Source of the DNA: Octopus sinensis
Taxonomy: Eukaryota
Direction: 5' to 3'
DNA length: 64,000 nt
Assembly (NCBI RefSeq): GCF_006345805.1
Contig: NC_043011.1
Span: 26,796,464-26,860,463, forward strand
Shown: positions 12,486-26,905 of the stretch, one piece after another
How positions within the stretch are numbered: the first letter of the stretch is position 1
Layout of the letters: each line of letters opens with the position of its first letter
Program-made: the position numbers and the translations under genes
The notes under the pieces: model-generated
Database searches by the model: none
Told to the model about the DNA's origin: nothing
Seen by the model: the letters and a program-made list of their open reading frames with translations, nothing else

Positions 12486-12846
12486 TGTTAGGCCTTCTCA
12501 TGTAAACTCAAGCTTTCTCATGCCTTGAACATAAGACCAAAGCAGAGAATGTATTCTTTTATTCTTCTGCTTTTTCCAGCCATTGGTCTGTGGCCATGCT
12601 GGGGCAATGCCTTGAAGAATTGTAGTTTAATGAATCAACTCCAGTTTTATTTTTGTAAGCATTGTACTTATTCTATCCGTTCCTTTGTCAAACCACTAGG
12701 TGACAGGGATGTAAACAAACCAACATTCGTTGTCAAGCAGTGGTGGAGGACAATCACAAGCACAGACACGCACACACACACACATACATGCATACACATA
12801 TACACACATACATACATACATATATATATATGTGTGTATATATATA

Positions 12847-13170
12847 TTGCAGCGTGGAAGGTGTTTGTAAGCCATTTAAGAAACACACAAAAACCGTTAG
12901 ATTCACTTCAACATTTAATTTAATTTGCCAAAATATTTTCCTCGCTTTGAGACCGCGACCTGTTCACTGACAAAAATATCGTGCTAACAGGTCACGGTCT
13001 CAAAGCGACGAAAATATTTTGACAAATTAAATTTAAATGTTGAAGTGAATCTAACGGTTTTTGTGTGTTTCTTAAATGGCTTATAAACACCTTCAACGCT
13101 GCAACTGTTTTCGTTCCAGCACACGATCTCAGATCAAGTCACTTGCTATGCAAGTACATCTCTGTAACTA
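12847..13170. repeat. Palindromic repeat (arms within 12847-13104); a single-arm copy lies at about 42657-42870
   Basis: ttgcagcgtggaaggtgtttgtaagccatttaagaaacac... and its reverse complement flank a short spacer. Confidence 0.85.
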
Positions 13171-13270
13171 TATATATATTTATATATATATATATATATA
13201 TGTATATTGGTAAAAACAGTAAGATAACAAAAGAAAGAAAGAGACCTCAATATTATGTAAATAGAGGAAA

Positions 13271-13665
13271 TCTTTATATATAAAAGTGAGGTTGTGTGTC
13301 TGTCTCCTACGATTTAGATTCCTAACTACTCCCACATTTTGCGGTGCAGTTTAACCAAAACTGGGTATCTTATAGTCGTGATTCATATCGAGACCGTCTG
13401 GGTATTAGCGCGCGTCTACGATGAGTCTACGATTTAAAAAAAAATTTACCATCAATTTTTCCCATTTTCAATCCATTTTTGACATATATAAGGGAAGTAA
13501 CTCTCTAAAATTTATTATTAAATCTCAGAACGTAAAAAGCTACAGTAACACCCCTCCCCCTTTGTGGTTAGCCATATTGAGATGGCTATTATACTTTACA
13601 TCTCTAAAAATGCTTATATAATTATTTCCCTTACAAACCCGAGCAATGCCGGGCGATACTGCTAG
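13271..13665 (+). mobile_element. Non-autonomous Helitron
   Basis: 5' TC, subterminal hairpin cccgagcaatgccggg, 3' CTAG, inserted between A and T. A second Helitron-like family starts immediately after 13666. Confidence 0.8.
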
Positions 13666-14309
13666 TCTCTCTATATATATAAACGGCAAAATGTCTGTCT
13701 GTGTGTGTGTATCCTTTATACAAATCCACAATTTTTCGGTTAGAGGGCTCGCACTTTCTATGGTTATTCAAAACTGTCCAAGGGTGGTCGTGAACATCTT
13801 TACATTTCCCCAGTCACTCCACAAAGCCATTAAAAAATCAATAGAAGTGACTTTTTTGTGAATTTTCTATCCAAAACCCAATCAAAATGCCTGAAACTCG
13901 ATACGCCAATTGAATGCCAGCTAGCTTTATGTGATTGGTCAGAGATTTGGACAGTACTTGTGTGTATGTGCGCATGCATGCAGCTGTATATGCATGCACT
14001 AGCACTATGACCCAGCAACGCCAGGTCATAATGGAATGGTCATTGCTGGATGGCTTTGATAAACATTTGCCAGTTTGATAAAGGTTTAGCATGAAGCTAA
14101 GCAACAACTGTTGTAATTGTTAATTAATAAAAAAACATATTGGATAATTCACATACATACATATAAACATATATGCATGCACACACACAAACACACACAC
14201 ATACACACACAAACACACACACACACACACTGTTTGACAGCTTGAATGTCTCTGATTATAAATCTGCAGGATCAGGATTTACCAGAGAATATTCCAAAGA
14301 GTTGCTTAC

Positions 14310-14405
14310 CCATAAAATTCCTTTGAAGCATCCAATGGTCCAGTTTCCAGTATTTCCATATTGTAGTCAAAGTTCTTACCTAAATCAGGATTTGCACGTG
14401 AACTT
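14310..14405 (-). CDS. FLACC1: FLACC1-like exon (SSRANPDLGKNFDYNMEILETGPLDASKEFY)
   Basis: Acceptor gatttacag and donor tgg|gtaagc. 96 nt, phase 2 in and phase 2 out, open frame. Confidence 0.7.
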
Positions 14406-16429
14406 CTGTAAATCATCAATATATAGGGAACATTTTAAATGAGATTTCCTTTTGTATAAGTGTGCACATACACGGGTATGTGTGTGTGTGCATGTGTGTG
14501 TGTGCATATGCATGAGAAAAAGGGAAAGAGAGGATATTTATATACATACATACATACACACATCTCTCTCTCCTTCTCCCTCTCTTTCTCTCTGTATACT
14601 CTCTCTTTTACTCTTTTACTTGTTTCAGTCATTTGACTGTGGCCATGCTGGAGCACTGCCTTTAGTCGAGCAAATTGACCCTGGACTTATTTTTTGGAAG
14701 CCTAGTATTTATTCTATCATTCTGTTTTGCCAAACCGCTAAGTTACAGGGACGTAAACACACCACCATCAATTGTCAAGCGATGATGGGGGGGGGGGGAC
14801 AAACACATACACACATATAAATATACATATATATATACATATATACGACAGGCTTCTTTCAGTTTCCATCTACCAAATCCACTCACAAGGCTTTGGTTGG
14901 CCCATGTATGTGTATGTGTATACATCTTTCTCTGTACATACACATAGACACACTTATATGTATATGTATATCGAAAAGGTAATTATTTCTACGCCTGCTG
15001 CTATGTTTGTTGTTTTGTCTCATTTGGTCTAAAGTCGTATGACAACCACCGTTATATTATATTTTGTTTAACCGTTACCGTTTTCAATTTCGTTTTCATC
15101 TCTCGTATTTACATCCGTCTCGTGCGTTTACATTCGTGTCTTCTACCAAGAAATCTAATGCTTACAGCTTAGTTTTTTTTCTTGGGGCTGGCCGAGTTGG
15201 AGCAAATATCAGAATTGAACAGCCGAAATTTGCTATGATGATTCGGTGTCTGACTGAAGATTGAAGGCTTCGAATGATTTGTCTGTGTTCCGTGTTTGTC
15301 CCTTCCTGTATTTCACGTTCTTTATATATAAAACATTTATTCTTATATATATATATATATATGTAGGATCTGACAAGACATGTAAAGTTAAGTATTTTAT
15401 GGACATGAAACTCTGAGTTACCGAATGAACTGGTCATAATAATCTTTTTCTAAATATATATGTGTGTGTGCGTGTGTGTGTGGTGTGTGTGTGTGTGTAT
15501 CTCTCTCTATATATATGTGTGTGTGGTGTGTGTGTGTGTGTGTGGGTATATATATAGATATATACATGTACACATTCACAATGTGATGTGTGTGTGTGCG
15601 TGTGTGTGTGTATGTATAGATCTGTATGTGTTTGCTTGTATTATGAAAATATAAGTCTCTTATTCACCACCAAAGATAAGAACTTGCTCAGTAAAAATAA
15701 TTTTTTGGTAACAGGTGGGGCTATCTCATTAGCTTCCTGTAGATGTTGATTGATAGCAAGCTAAAGGACACCCCGTTGAGAAAGTGCTTAACAACCAATT
15801 CAATGAAATATTTAAGGTAGAATAGGCTGGAAAACAGCCAAAAGCCATGAATAAACACAGCAATAAAAATTGTATGATTGTGATTTCTGGTACTAAAATT
15901 AACAAACATGCTTGGTGGATAAGGTAGGTTTTTTTTTTTCTGTTTAGTTATTTTTCATTTCTTTGTTGACAGGGAGAGGGCATGGTGGTGGTGGTGGTGG
16001 TGGTGGTGGTGGTATAACAGGTATTATTATTTTTGGCGGAGAGCTGGCAGAATCGTTAGCACGCTGGGCGAAATGCTTTGTGGTATTTCGTCCGCCGCTG
16101 CGTTCTGAGTTCAAATTCCGCCGCCGAGGTCGACTTTACCTTTCATCCTTTTGAGGTCGATAAATTAAGTACCAGTTACACACTGGGGTCGATATAATCG
16201 ACTTAATCTGTGTGTCTATCCTTGTTTGTCCTCTCTGTGTTTAGCCCCTTGTGGGTAGTAAAGAAATAGGTATTATTCTTTATGCTGGTGGTGGTAGTAG
16301 TGGTGGTTTTGATTGGAATGGTGGTGGTGATGGTGGTGGTGGTGTGGTGGCAATGCTGGTGTTGATGATGTTGTTAGTGTTGTTGGAGACAGAAGTGCTA
16401 GTGGTGTTGTTGCTGCTATTGTCATTAAT

Positions 16430-17195
16430 TGTGGAGGTAACCTGTGGAAGAGGCAGACCCAGGAAAACCTGGGACGAGGTGGTGAAGCACGACCTTCGAA
16501 CTTTAGGTCTCACTGAGGAAATGACTAGAGACCGAGACCTCTGGAAGTGTGCTGTGCGCGAGAAGACCCGGCAGGACAAGTGAGTCCACAACCCGTGGCC
16601 TTCTACATGGGATGGAGCCAGCCTACGTATGCATACCTTCCCTTCTTGGGACACAAAACTCTACTTGTGAAGACGTGTTGAGGCAAGTGAGGATCAGAAT
16701 CAAAATCGATCAATGGAAATTGCGGATGTGCTACCAGTGCCGGTGGCATGTCGAAACTCTGCTTGTGAAGACCCATTGAGGCAAGTGAGGATCAGAATCG
16801 AAATCGATCAATGGAAATCGATCAATGGAAATTGCAGATGTGTTACCAGTGCCGGTGGCATGTAAGAGAACTTTCCGTTTCGCGACCGTTGCCAGCACCG
16901 CCCCGTTTCGTGTCCGTTGCCAGCCTCGCCTGGCCCTCGTGCCGGTGGCACATAAAAAGCACCATCCGTTCGTGGCCGTTTGCCAGCTCTGTCTGGCACC
17001 AGTGCGGGTGGCACGTAAAAAGCACCTACTACACTCACGGAGTGGTTGGCGTTAGGAAGGGCATCCAGCCGTAGAAACACTGCCAGATTTGACTGGGCCT
17101 GATGAAGCCTTCTGGCTTCACAGACCCCAGTAGAACCGTCCAACCCATGCTAGCATGGAAAACGGACGCTAAATGATGATGATGATGATGATGAT
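16430..17195 (+). mobile_element. 5'-truncated RTE LINE (RT C-terminus, 3' UTR, (ATG)n tail)
   Basis: TCGRGRPRKTWDEVVKHDLRTLGLTEEMTRDRDLWKCAVREKTRQDK*. Same family as 53425-56640. Confidence 0.9.
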
Positions 17196-18578
17196 GTAGT
17201 TGTAGTAGTGGTGGTGGTGGTGGTGCTGGTGTTTTTGTTGGTGGCAGCCAGTGTTGGAGATGGAAGTGTGAGTGTTGTAGGTTGTTGCTGTAGTCAGTGG
17301 TGGTGGTAATGTTGCTGTGGAATAAGGGTTAAGAAAAAAGAAATTGAGAAGGTTTATCTCTGGAGGTTCACATATCCAGAAAATTAAAGGTGCAGTGGTA
17401 GTAGTGATGGCGGTGGTGGCGGTGGCGGCAGTGGTGATGGTGGTGGTAGCGGCGGCAGTGGTGATGGTGGTGATGCTGCTGATGGTAGTGAAGGTGCTGA
17501 TAGTGGTAGTGGTAATGTTAATGGTAGTGGAAGTAGTATTAGTGGTGTCTGTACTTCTGCTCTGCTGCTGGTAATGGTGATGATGTTTACGATCACAGAA
17601 TAATCATAAACCTAGACTATTAGCACTGTTTGTCGCTGCTGTCATCCTGATGATGACAACCACAACCATGACCACCACCACCAATTCTCACACTATGACT
17701 ATCCACCACCACATTCCCTCTACTATTATCAACCCTATCACCAGCCTTCTATTCAAATATCTGTCATTACCCTAATTTCTGAATAATATAATCAATTAAA
17801 TCAACAAAATTGTTGTTAAGTTGTTAATACTTGTCAAATCCTGGATTAGGTTAAATTTCTAAATGCTAACTAAGACAAGCTACAACCTGTGGGCCATTCC
17901 ATTTTCATCAGTAGGGGTGAAGTGGAATGAGGCATGGTGGCAGTTATAACAGTCAGTAGGCTGGCAAGGATAGAGTGTTCCCAACTAAGATCAAAAACCA
18001 TGACTACCTCCATCACAGAATTACCCATTGATCAAAGTACAATCATCATCATCATCCTCATCATCATAATTTAATGTCTGTTTTCCATGCAGTTTGACTG
18101 GATCTGGTAAGCTGGAGAGCTGCACCAGGTTCTAGTCTGATTTGGAAGGGTTTGTACAGCTAGATTCCCTTTCTAATGCCAAACACTCCAAGAGTGTAAT
18201 GGGTGCTATTTACATGCCACTGGCAATGGCCACAACTATGGTTCCACTTGGTGAGTCTTCTCAAGCACAACAATATTGCCAAAGGTCTTGGTCATTTGTC
18301 ATCGCCTCCACTGAATATTCCACAGATACTTAACATAAATCTTCAGCCAGATTCAGCTTGGCACTTTTTCTGATAATGTTGAACATAGGAGCAGGAATAG
18401 ATGTGCGGTTAAGAAGCTCACTTTATAACCACTACTATAACCATGTGATTTCTAGTTCGGTCACACAGCACAGCGCCTTGGGTAAGTGTCTTCTCCTATA
18501 GACTCAGGCTGACCAATGTCTTATGAATGAATTTGGTAAACAGAAACTATGAGGAAGTCTATCAACAACAACAACAAC

Positions 18579-18630
<52 letters not shown>

Positions 18631-18826
18631 TTAGGGAGTATAACTCCAAACTTACAGGGAAAAATTCAATTTAGTATTGAATCAAATTTCACAATATAAA
18701 TGTATAATATCCATTTTTTTGTACTTTTGTGATCTAATTATATGTTTTATAATATATTTTATTTTTTCTTTATGATTTGGTTTATGTCTATCATTGTTTG
18801 AATTACATAATAGTGGCTTTTCTCTA

Positions 18827-18874
<48 letters not shown>

Positions 18875-19144
18875 TGATGACGATGATGATGATGATAATA
18901 TATATAACTTAAAGAAAATGAAACATGAAAGATTACTCATTAGTTTGAGTTGGTTTCTCCACATTCTGTTTGCTTAGCCATTTCTCAAACTGTGTTTGAG
19001 TGAAATCAAATGTACCAAGCATTTTTAGAGGTATTTGCTGTTGAAACACACTAACATATCAAGGATGTTCTTTTAAGTCCAATATAATCTCTTGATTTTA
19101 ATTTTATGAGTAGTCTATCTTTTATATGTGCTTTATATTCTTAC

Positions 19145-19242
19145 CCTTTATATGTGCCATTAAAACATTTGAAACTCCATGGCACCAAAGGTGTGTAATT
19201 TTCTCTTTTAACTGCTGATGATTCTAGCCAATAATTTGCTTT
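19145..19242 (-). CDS. Candidate upstream exon of the FLACC1-like gene (KANYWLESSAVKRENYTPLVPWSFKCFNGTYK)
   Basis: Acceptor cgctttaatgtag and donor agg|gtaaga. 98 nt, open frame, phase 2 out fits exon 14310-14405. No homology support. Confidence 0.45.
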
Positions 19243-20964
19243 CTACATTAAAGCGAAGTATAAGTAGGAATTTGTTAGTATTTGATGCCATCAGGACAAG
19301 AAAAAGGCAAAAGAGAAGACACCTTAATTTCATGAGAAGTCTAGGCATACATAGTAGATATTTTCAAGAATGAAGAAAAATGATGTAACTTCTCATTAGG
19401 GGACTAATTCTACACACTGTATTACTCAACACTGATCCTAAACAGAAGTTCAGAACTAATGTCCATCAGCTGTCATAAGTAGAAATTTTTGATTGATAAG
19501 CCAAAATATTCTGCTGAGTCAGCCAAATTGATGCCATATATCACAAGATCATCATAACAGCAGTTAAATTTTATTTTCTGAGTTAAGTTCAAAAGATGCA
19601 AAGTCACATTGTAATCAATATTATATTTCAGTCAAATACTAACCTTGGTCCCCTCATTTTCTCTATGGTTTGAGCATAACAGAGAGGATAATTGAACTTG
19701 CTTTCCTTTTTGCATAGATATTTTCAAAATGAGTTAAGCAGTAGATCATTATCTGGAATCAAATGCAAACATATATTGCAACATAAAACAATCTCATACC
19801 AACACAAAATCTAAAAAAATTGCATAGATTCAAGAGGTTTGTTCATTAATCCAATAAATATATTGGATCTTCAAGATCCCGAAGATTAGGTGAGAAATCA
19901 TTAACCTGATATGAAATACTTCTTTTTTCTTTTCTTTTTTTTTCATAAGACAAATAGATATGTAAAATGACTTACACATGAAATATAGCTCTGGAAGAGA
20001 ATGCATGGAAGAGGAATGATCTATCATGAGTAGATCTTACAAACAGAGTGAGACAAGCTATTAAACTTGACAGTTATATAGTCAAAAGTGAGATGAATTA
20101 TATGAAGGCAAGGAAAAGCAATTGAAATCAGAAATAGTTGTTGAGATGCACTAATTTCTGGCATAGTCAATCAGGAAATGCAGGTAGGTATTGTTCCCCA
20201 TGACTCAACATAATAGTATCATTGCCAACAGCTACAGGGGTAAAGGAAATGATCTAGAAATTAACAATTATTATTTTATTGAAAGGTGGGTGAATGTCGG
20301 AAGAATGGCCAGTATGAACGGACCAATTCTGAGGTTACACCTGTAACAAAAGAGGTAAATATTAAAGGAGAAAGGGGCTCTCTATCTCCCTTTTGACCAG
20401 GGTCCTGTGGATTTTATGGGTTTTTCCACGAGTAACCTTTCGAAGTGCCTCCCTCCTATTGGAAGTTTTAATTGTTACATATTTTTGTTGTTAACTTGCA
20501 TTTGTACACGGACTTTTCAAATGGACAAAACCCTTTTTGTAACTTTCATCCTGTATTTTGTCCCTTTATGTTTTATCTGATTTTTGTTAGCCCTTGTGGC
20601 CAATAAACGAATTAATTATTATCATTATTATTCTTTTCTTCTTCTTCCTCATCATCCTCATCATCACCACCACCACCACCACCACCACCATCATCATTTA
20701 ACATCGATTTTATTACGCATGTATGAATCAGATGGAATTTGTTGAGGCAGATTTTCTATGGCCAGATGTCCTTCTTGTCACTAACCCTCACTTCTCTTCT
20801 ACCCGAGTAATATTTTTCCATAGCCAGACATATTTTTCACAGAAGACTGGCAATGAACAACCTTGCTTGTATGATGATGATGATGATGCACATTTAGAAC
20901 CATCATGCAATGTCTAGACAAATGTGCATGCATACACACACATATATATACACATACACACACA

Positions 20965-20998
<34 letters not shown>

Positions 20999-21064
20999 CA
21001 TATACTGAACCAGGAACCATGTAGTTTGGAAGCAAGCTTCTTACCACACATCCACTCCTATACT

Positions 21065-21114
<50 letters not shown>

Positions 21115-21537
21115 CTCTTGTGTCCATCTCATGTTCTTGCCTTTAGGCTTTCACTTTATACATGCCAGCTCAATATGATTCATTCTCAGTCGAAAGACGC
21201 CTGTTGTAATTTCTTATTGTTTGTATTCATAATTGTGTACCATGTTCTCTATATTTTTTGTTTGTCCTTTTTGTCTTTGTTGCCATACACATTTGCTAGC
21301 TTTCTTACTAAGGGGTCTAATGCTCTTAGCTTAGACTTTTTGGGGGCAACCAGATCAAATCATCTCAAGTGTAACTGCCTGAAATGGTCATGACTTCTGG
21401 GACTTGACTGATGAAAGGAAGCCAAGTATTACCAGTCTTTTTTTGCCTGTCCCTCTAATTGTTTCTCTTGTCCATCTTTGTATCGTCTGTTTGTCTGAAC
21501 GTTTTAATGCCCTCTATTGTATTTTTGTTCCATTTAC

Positions 21538-21540
<3 letters not shown>

Positions 21541-21581
<41 letters not shown>

Positions 21582-21690
21582 ATGTATGTATGTATGTATG
21601 TATGTATGTATGTATGTATGTATGTATGTATGTATGTATGTATGTATGTATGTATGTATGTATGTATGTATGTATGTATGTATGTATGTA
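21541..21690. repeat. (TG)n(TATG)n microsatellite
   Basis: Directly visible. Confidence 0.95.
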
Positions 21691-23869
21691 TTCTTTTATT
21701 CTTTTACTTGTTTTGATCATTTGACTGTTTCAGTTTCTGTCAATCAAATCTACTCACAAGGCTTTGGTTGGTCCAGGGCTATAGTAGAAAACACTTGCCC
21801 AACGTGTCATACAGTGACACTGAATCCAAGACTACATCTGAAGTGTATTTGTTGAAAATTTCATGAAAAAATATCCATTTTTCTGAAAGTTATGAGGAAA
21901 CAAAGTCAGGGGTGGGCACACATACGTAGTTATGCCCTTGATTGTTCAGCTCAGTCGAGCACATGGACCAATGTTATACACACTCACTGATGACGTCATA
22001 GACTTTTAACGAAAAATAGTTAAAAAATACAGTTTTCTGAAAATTATGAGCAAACAAATTCGGGTGGAGAGGGGGACATACTTGTATAAGTACGTCAAAG
22101 AGAAAATAGGATGTTCATACTTCTCCAAGAATATTAACGAAGTAAATGAAGTGAAATGGCAACAAATGGGATACGAAAAAAAAAACATCATTTTTCGAAA
22201 TTCGTTTTTTGGTGATCCTTCGGTATACGTACAGTAAGTACCGGAAGTGGTTTTGTTTACATTTCTGAAGATAACAGAAACCCTTTCCTCCCCCCAACCC
22301 TAATCCCCCCCACCCATATATATAAAAAAAAACACTTTGTTGAAATGTATCCGGTATTTCCGGATATATATACCGAAGTTACGCCCGTTTTTTTTTTTCC
22401 TAAGAAGATAGTCCAGGGTATTTCTAAGGGCACCGTGAAAAAAAAATCTGAATAAACCCCGACAAAACGGAGAAATTGCAACTTGGTGCTTCCTAAATCC
22501 GACGTCCGTCTTTAATCTTACTCAGCTTTTCGCTACCTTTACTTCAAAACCAACATGTCAATAATAGAAGTTTTATGAAAAGTAATACATGAAAAAGAAG
22601 AAAACACACCAATTAATTAAAAAAAAAAAGAGCTTATAAAAGTCATTACTTACGAGCATATCATATCTCTTCTCTACGTGTTTCTCGTAGAATAATTTTG
22701 TGTTTAAGTAGATCTGCTTTAAGGTGGGAGCGTAGGGCCTTGGTTGTCAAGGACACCTTTGGAATTTATCAAAAGTAAACGAACCCAAGTATTTATGACT
22801 GACTTGACACAAATATAGCGTGTAAATACCCTCTTAATTGGAATCGTATTCTGCAAATGCCAATGAAATGAAGGACCATTTCGTTACTATATGGCTCTCC
22901 GACTGTTGAGAGATAGCGTGTTAAGACATGTTTTATTGGCTTGAACAAATTTCGTCGATAATTTTTCATTTTTATTTATTCATTTATTTATTTTTCCTAT
23001 GCATTTAATTTCTTATTCATGGACTTCTTTATATTTTATGAAATTTAAGAACACACGAAAAACGTGCTTTCTCTCCCTCTCTCTCACACACATACACAGG
23101 CACTCAAAACATGGTAAGACAGACTGACAGACATAAACAGATGTGGTGATGATATAATAGAGAAAAAAGAGACGACTGGGTTGCTTGAAAGAATAACAAA
23201 ATTGCAAGCCTTTATATGTATGGATGTAAATTTAAATATCTACATACATAACATCAACCTACCTACCTGCCTACCTACCTACCTACCTACCTATCTGCTT
23301 GTCAACTTATCTACCTACCAATGTACGTACGTACCTACCTACCTACCTAAATACATACATACATGGGCCTGGGACCCCCTTCGGTCACGACACTGACCAT
23401 GGGCTTGCACCTAGAAAGTTACCCTCCTAGTCACAAGTCTGGCCAAGGTAGTTTATGGAAGACCAGTAGTCACCCATGCATACCGGCCTCCTCTCGCCAC
23501 GCCACCAGTGTTATCCAAGGGAAAGGGAAAGGCCGATACAGCTTGGCACCCGTGACGTCGCATCTCATTTCTACAGCTGAGTTACTGGAGCAACGTGAAA
23601 TATAGTGTCTTGCTCAAGAACACAACACGCAGCCCGGTCCGGGATTTGAGATCACAACCTCACGATCGTAAGCTCGACGCTCTAACCACTGAGCCATGCG
23701 CCTTCACTACATACATACATACATACATACATACATACATACATACATACATACATACATACACACAATCAGCTGCCCAGCGGATGTTAACATAAGCTAA
23801 AGATCTACGAAAAAGAAAATACCTACGCCGAACTATTGAGGGATCTACAGCTACTCTATTCAGATTTAT

Positions 23870-24390
23870 ACCTGTAATTATTGGGGCACATGTATCACGG
23901 CAAAAATTTCTCCAATCTGTTACGGTTACATTTGCTATACGACATTCCTGTGTTAGTCCCTTTGCTAAATCTTCTTTTGCCCAATAATATAATATATCAA
24001 TAATTTGTTCACTAATGACCACCACTACCACCTCCACCACCACCGAAACCGCGCGTAATTCAAAGTTGTTCACTTTGATATCATCACGTGCGAAAAAATT
24101 TTCAGTAAGGAATTAATCACCGCGATATTGCCATCGCTACAACAGCAGATAGTATTAATTGGCTTAAGAGACATGGACTTTTAAATACCCAGAAAATATG
24201 TACATCGTGTGGAACTAGCATGAGGGATGTAGCTAAAAAAAAATTGTCGGATGGAGTGATATGGTTATGTGGAAGGCCTTGTAGAAAAATGGTTTCAATT
24301 AGAAAAGGAACATTTCTAGAAAATAGTAAATTGAAGTGTGAACAAATCATTTATATATTATATTATTGGGCAAAAGAAGATTTAGCAACT
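23870..24390. mobile_element. Merlin (IS1595/ISXO2-like) transposase N-terminus, split into two opposite-strand pieces
   Basis: Plus 24121-24388: CTSCG..M..DGVIWLC..C.K.VSIRKGTF..SKL..II.ILYYW. Minus 24012-23870: EQIIDILYYWAKE..TVTDWRNFCRDTC. Confidence 0.8.
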
Positions 24391-25611
24391 TACAGAGACC
24401 TTACAGAGTATAAGTATCTACAGAGCATAGGTATCACATTTATTTTAAAACTTAACTTCAAACTTCATTTGTTTTATATTTTGATAAATTCTCTCTGTTG
24501 AAAATTATATTTTTATATTCTAAATAATTTGCAATTTCAAAGAAATATTAATTTTGCGTCTTTTAATTTGATAAATTCTACGGAATAATTTTGCGCGTTT
24601 TTTGATAAATTCTACGGAAAGAATTTAGCCTGACAGCTAATTCCGTAGTAGTGCCAAAAAATTTATACATTTGTGTGAAGAAATTAATTTATTAAGTTTA
24701 ATAAATTATATACGTCTGTGTAAAAGAAAAAAATAATTAAGTTTCAGAAATTATATACGTTCGCGTTTGTGTAAAAAAAATTATTATTTAAGTTTTAAAA
24801 ATTATTTACTTTGTTCAAAAAATATTATTAATATTAATTAATTTTCAAGAATTATTTAATTTATATAATTAATTCATTAATTTTATTCTGTAAAATAGTA
24901 ATTAATTCATTTATCTGTAAATCCGCGAGAGAATCGCTATGTTGTCACTCAGGCAGCTAGAAATAGCAGCCAGATTTCCCTTCAATAACACCTTATTGTC
25001 TTAAAAAGCAGAAAGGTATCTAAAAAATCCGAGTTTTCTCGGGAGCTCTGGGCAAAAACTTGTGCATCCTCGGCACACAAGTAATGTGTGAGGAAAGTTT
25101 GGTGAAAATCGGTTGAAAACTGTAGAAATACATACATATTACACACACAGACATCCTTTGTTTTATATATATAGATTTCCCAAAATAATAACTGTGAAAT
25201 TTGTCATCAGCATGCAAAACTATATCAAAAGTACATTTCCTGAAAATTTTCAGATTAAGATTTGTGGTCGGAAGAAAATGAAAAATACCCGATTTTGTTA
25301 ATTTTTCTTTGAGCCACTTGAAGTATTTCAAATTTCTAGCAGATTATTTTTTTTAAATGTAGTTTTCAAGACCCAAAACTGCTACTAAACCAGATCAATG
25401 TTTGCTAGATCCATGACCACAACCCTTAATCAAATTTAGACAATCTTGTCTCTTTGGTTTCCACCCGAGAGATGCTCTCATTGGTCTTTTCATGGGCATG
25501 TGAATACACATACTTGTTCATTATTTCATTACAAATGTCTATTTATATTGGAAACTATTGTTTAATACCTTCGTATTATTTTCATTGTTATTATTATTAC
25601 TAAGGCGACGA

Positions 25612-26905
25612 GTTGGCAGAATGGTTAGCATGCCGGACAAAATACTTAACAGCATTTCTTCGTCTTTACTTTCTAAGTTGAATTTCCGCCGAGGTCAACT
25701 TTGTTTTTCATACTTTCGAGATCGATAAAATAGGTACCAGCTGAGCCCAGGGATCGATACAATCGACTAGCCCTTTCTCAATAAATATTCTCTTATAGAA
25801 GCAGGTACGACTGTGGTTAAGAAGCTCGCTTTGCAGTCACGTGGTTTTGCATTCAGTGCTACTGCGTGACTTCTGCTATCGCCTCGGACCGACTAATACC
25901 TGGTCGGTGAAATTGGTAGAGAGAAACTGCGGAAGGCCTCAATGTATATATGTGTGTGTGTGTAGAGGAAAGCGAAGTCCTCTATCTCTCACTGTTGTGC
26001 ACGCGAGGATAATAAAAATTACATTACTTTCAAACTCAATCGCGTATGTATTTGTCTTTTTTTGTATATATGTATGCCTACCTATTAATAAAATTGTTAT
26101 AATGAAAACTGATCCGTTTAGCCAACATTATGAATTGGAATAGTCTATATCCGCTCCGCGAATCAACTTTAATCTGATAGAGTAAAGCAAATGGGTTTGA
26201 AATTGAAGTCTTTTTGGCTCCAGCTCGGGCACAATCGAATGAAGTAAATAAATATATTTGTACACAGATTATATCATCTCATGTATTGATAAAAATCAAG
26301 GATAAAGTAAAAATGGAGAGGAATATTCAGTCTGTTCTTTGTTTGATTTACGGGGTGAGCGCGAACGCAGACCCCACACTTAGAAATAGCGCACCCGAGT
26401 CGCCCACATTTGGGGCGATCGCAAAGGTCAACCCAACCGGAGTGCAATGGAAGGGCCTCACTCTGGGAGAACCACCTAGCTGATCATGGTTTACCCCTGT
26501 GCCAGGTAAGTATGATTATGCTAGTTGACATTTTTATTATATACATTTAATGGCAAAATCATTGACTGATTTTATATAAACAATATATTCCATTCTATTA
26601 TTTACACTAAAAACAAATAAGAGAATTTATTAAGTATTTTATTTAGTTTATCATTTATTATTGTTTGATATAAGTACTTTTATAGAATTTGCTTTTCTTG
26701 TCTATATTTTACAAATTTAACAATTAAACTTTCTTTCGTAACTGATTTCTCCAAGAATACGTCATTATTCAAGGGAGGTAATTGAGCAATTTCTTCTATT
26801 AATGAGTTTTAGTAAATCTTTGTTGATGTTTTCATTCTTAATTTCCTCTTATCTTATCTTATGTTTGTTTGTTCTGTTATATTATCATAATTCAACACAG
26901 CTTAA
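25612..26905 (-). repeat. Left arm of the ~1.3-kb inverted duplication carrying U1
   Basis: Reverse complement matches 33338-34627 with only scattered substitutions and small indels. ORFs 25841..26143 and 34096..34398 differ at two residues. Confidence 0.95.
26351..26513 (-). ncRNA. U1: U1 spliceosomal snRNA, variant, copy 1
   Basis: Starts ATACTTACCTGG. U1A loop ATTGCACTCC, SLIII loop AAATGTGGG and terminal GCG-TTCG-CGC tetraloop are present. 163 nt, identical to copy 2. Confidence 0.95.

Noticed and set aside
20270-20620. Minus-strand terminal exon with AATAAA
   Set aside because: The region looks like a plus-strand LINE 3' end (gtggccaataaa plus a simple-repeat tail).
21405-21440. Hammerhead at ctgatgaaaggaagcc
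   Set aside because: CUGAUGA is present but no GAAA follows the putative stem II.
25841-26143. Duplicated 100-aa ORF (also 34096..34398) as a conserved protein
   Set aside because: It has a GTG start, overlaps a SINE head and a (TG)n tract, and its identity is explained by the inverted duplication.
26503-26513. Perfect plus-strand donor CAG|GTAAGTAT
   Set aside because: It is simply the antisense of the U1 5' end.
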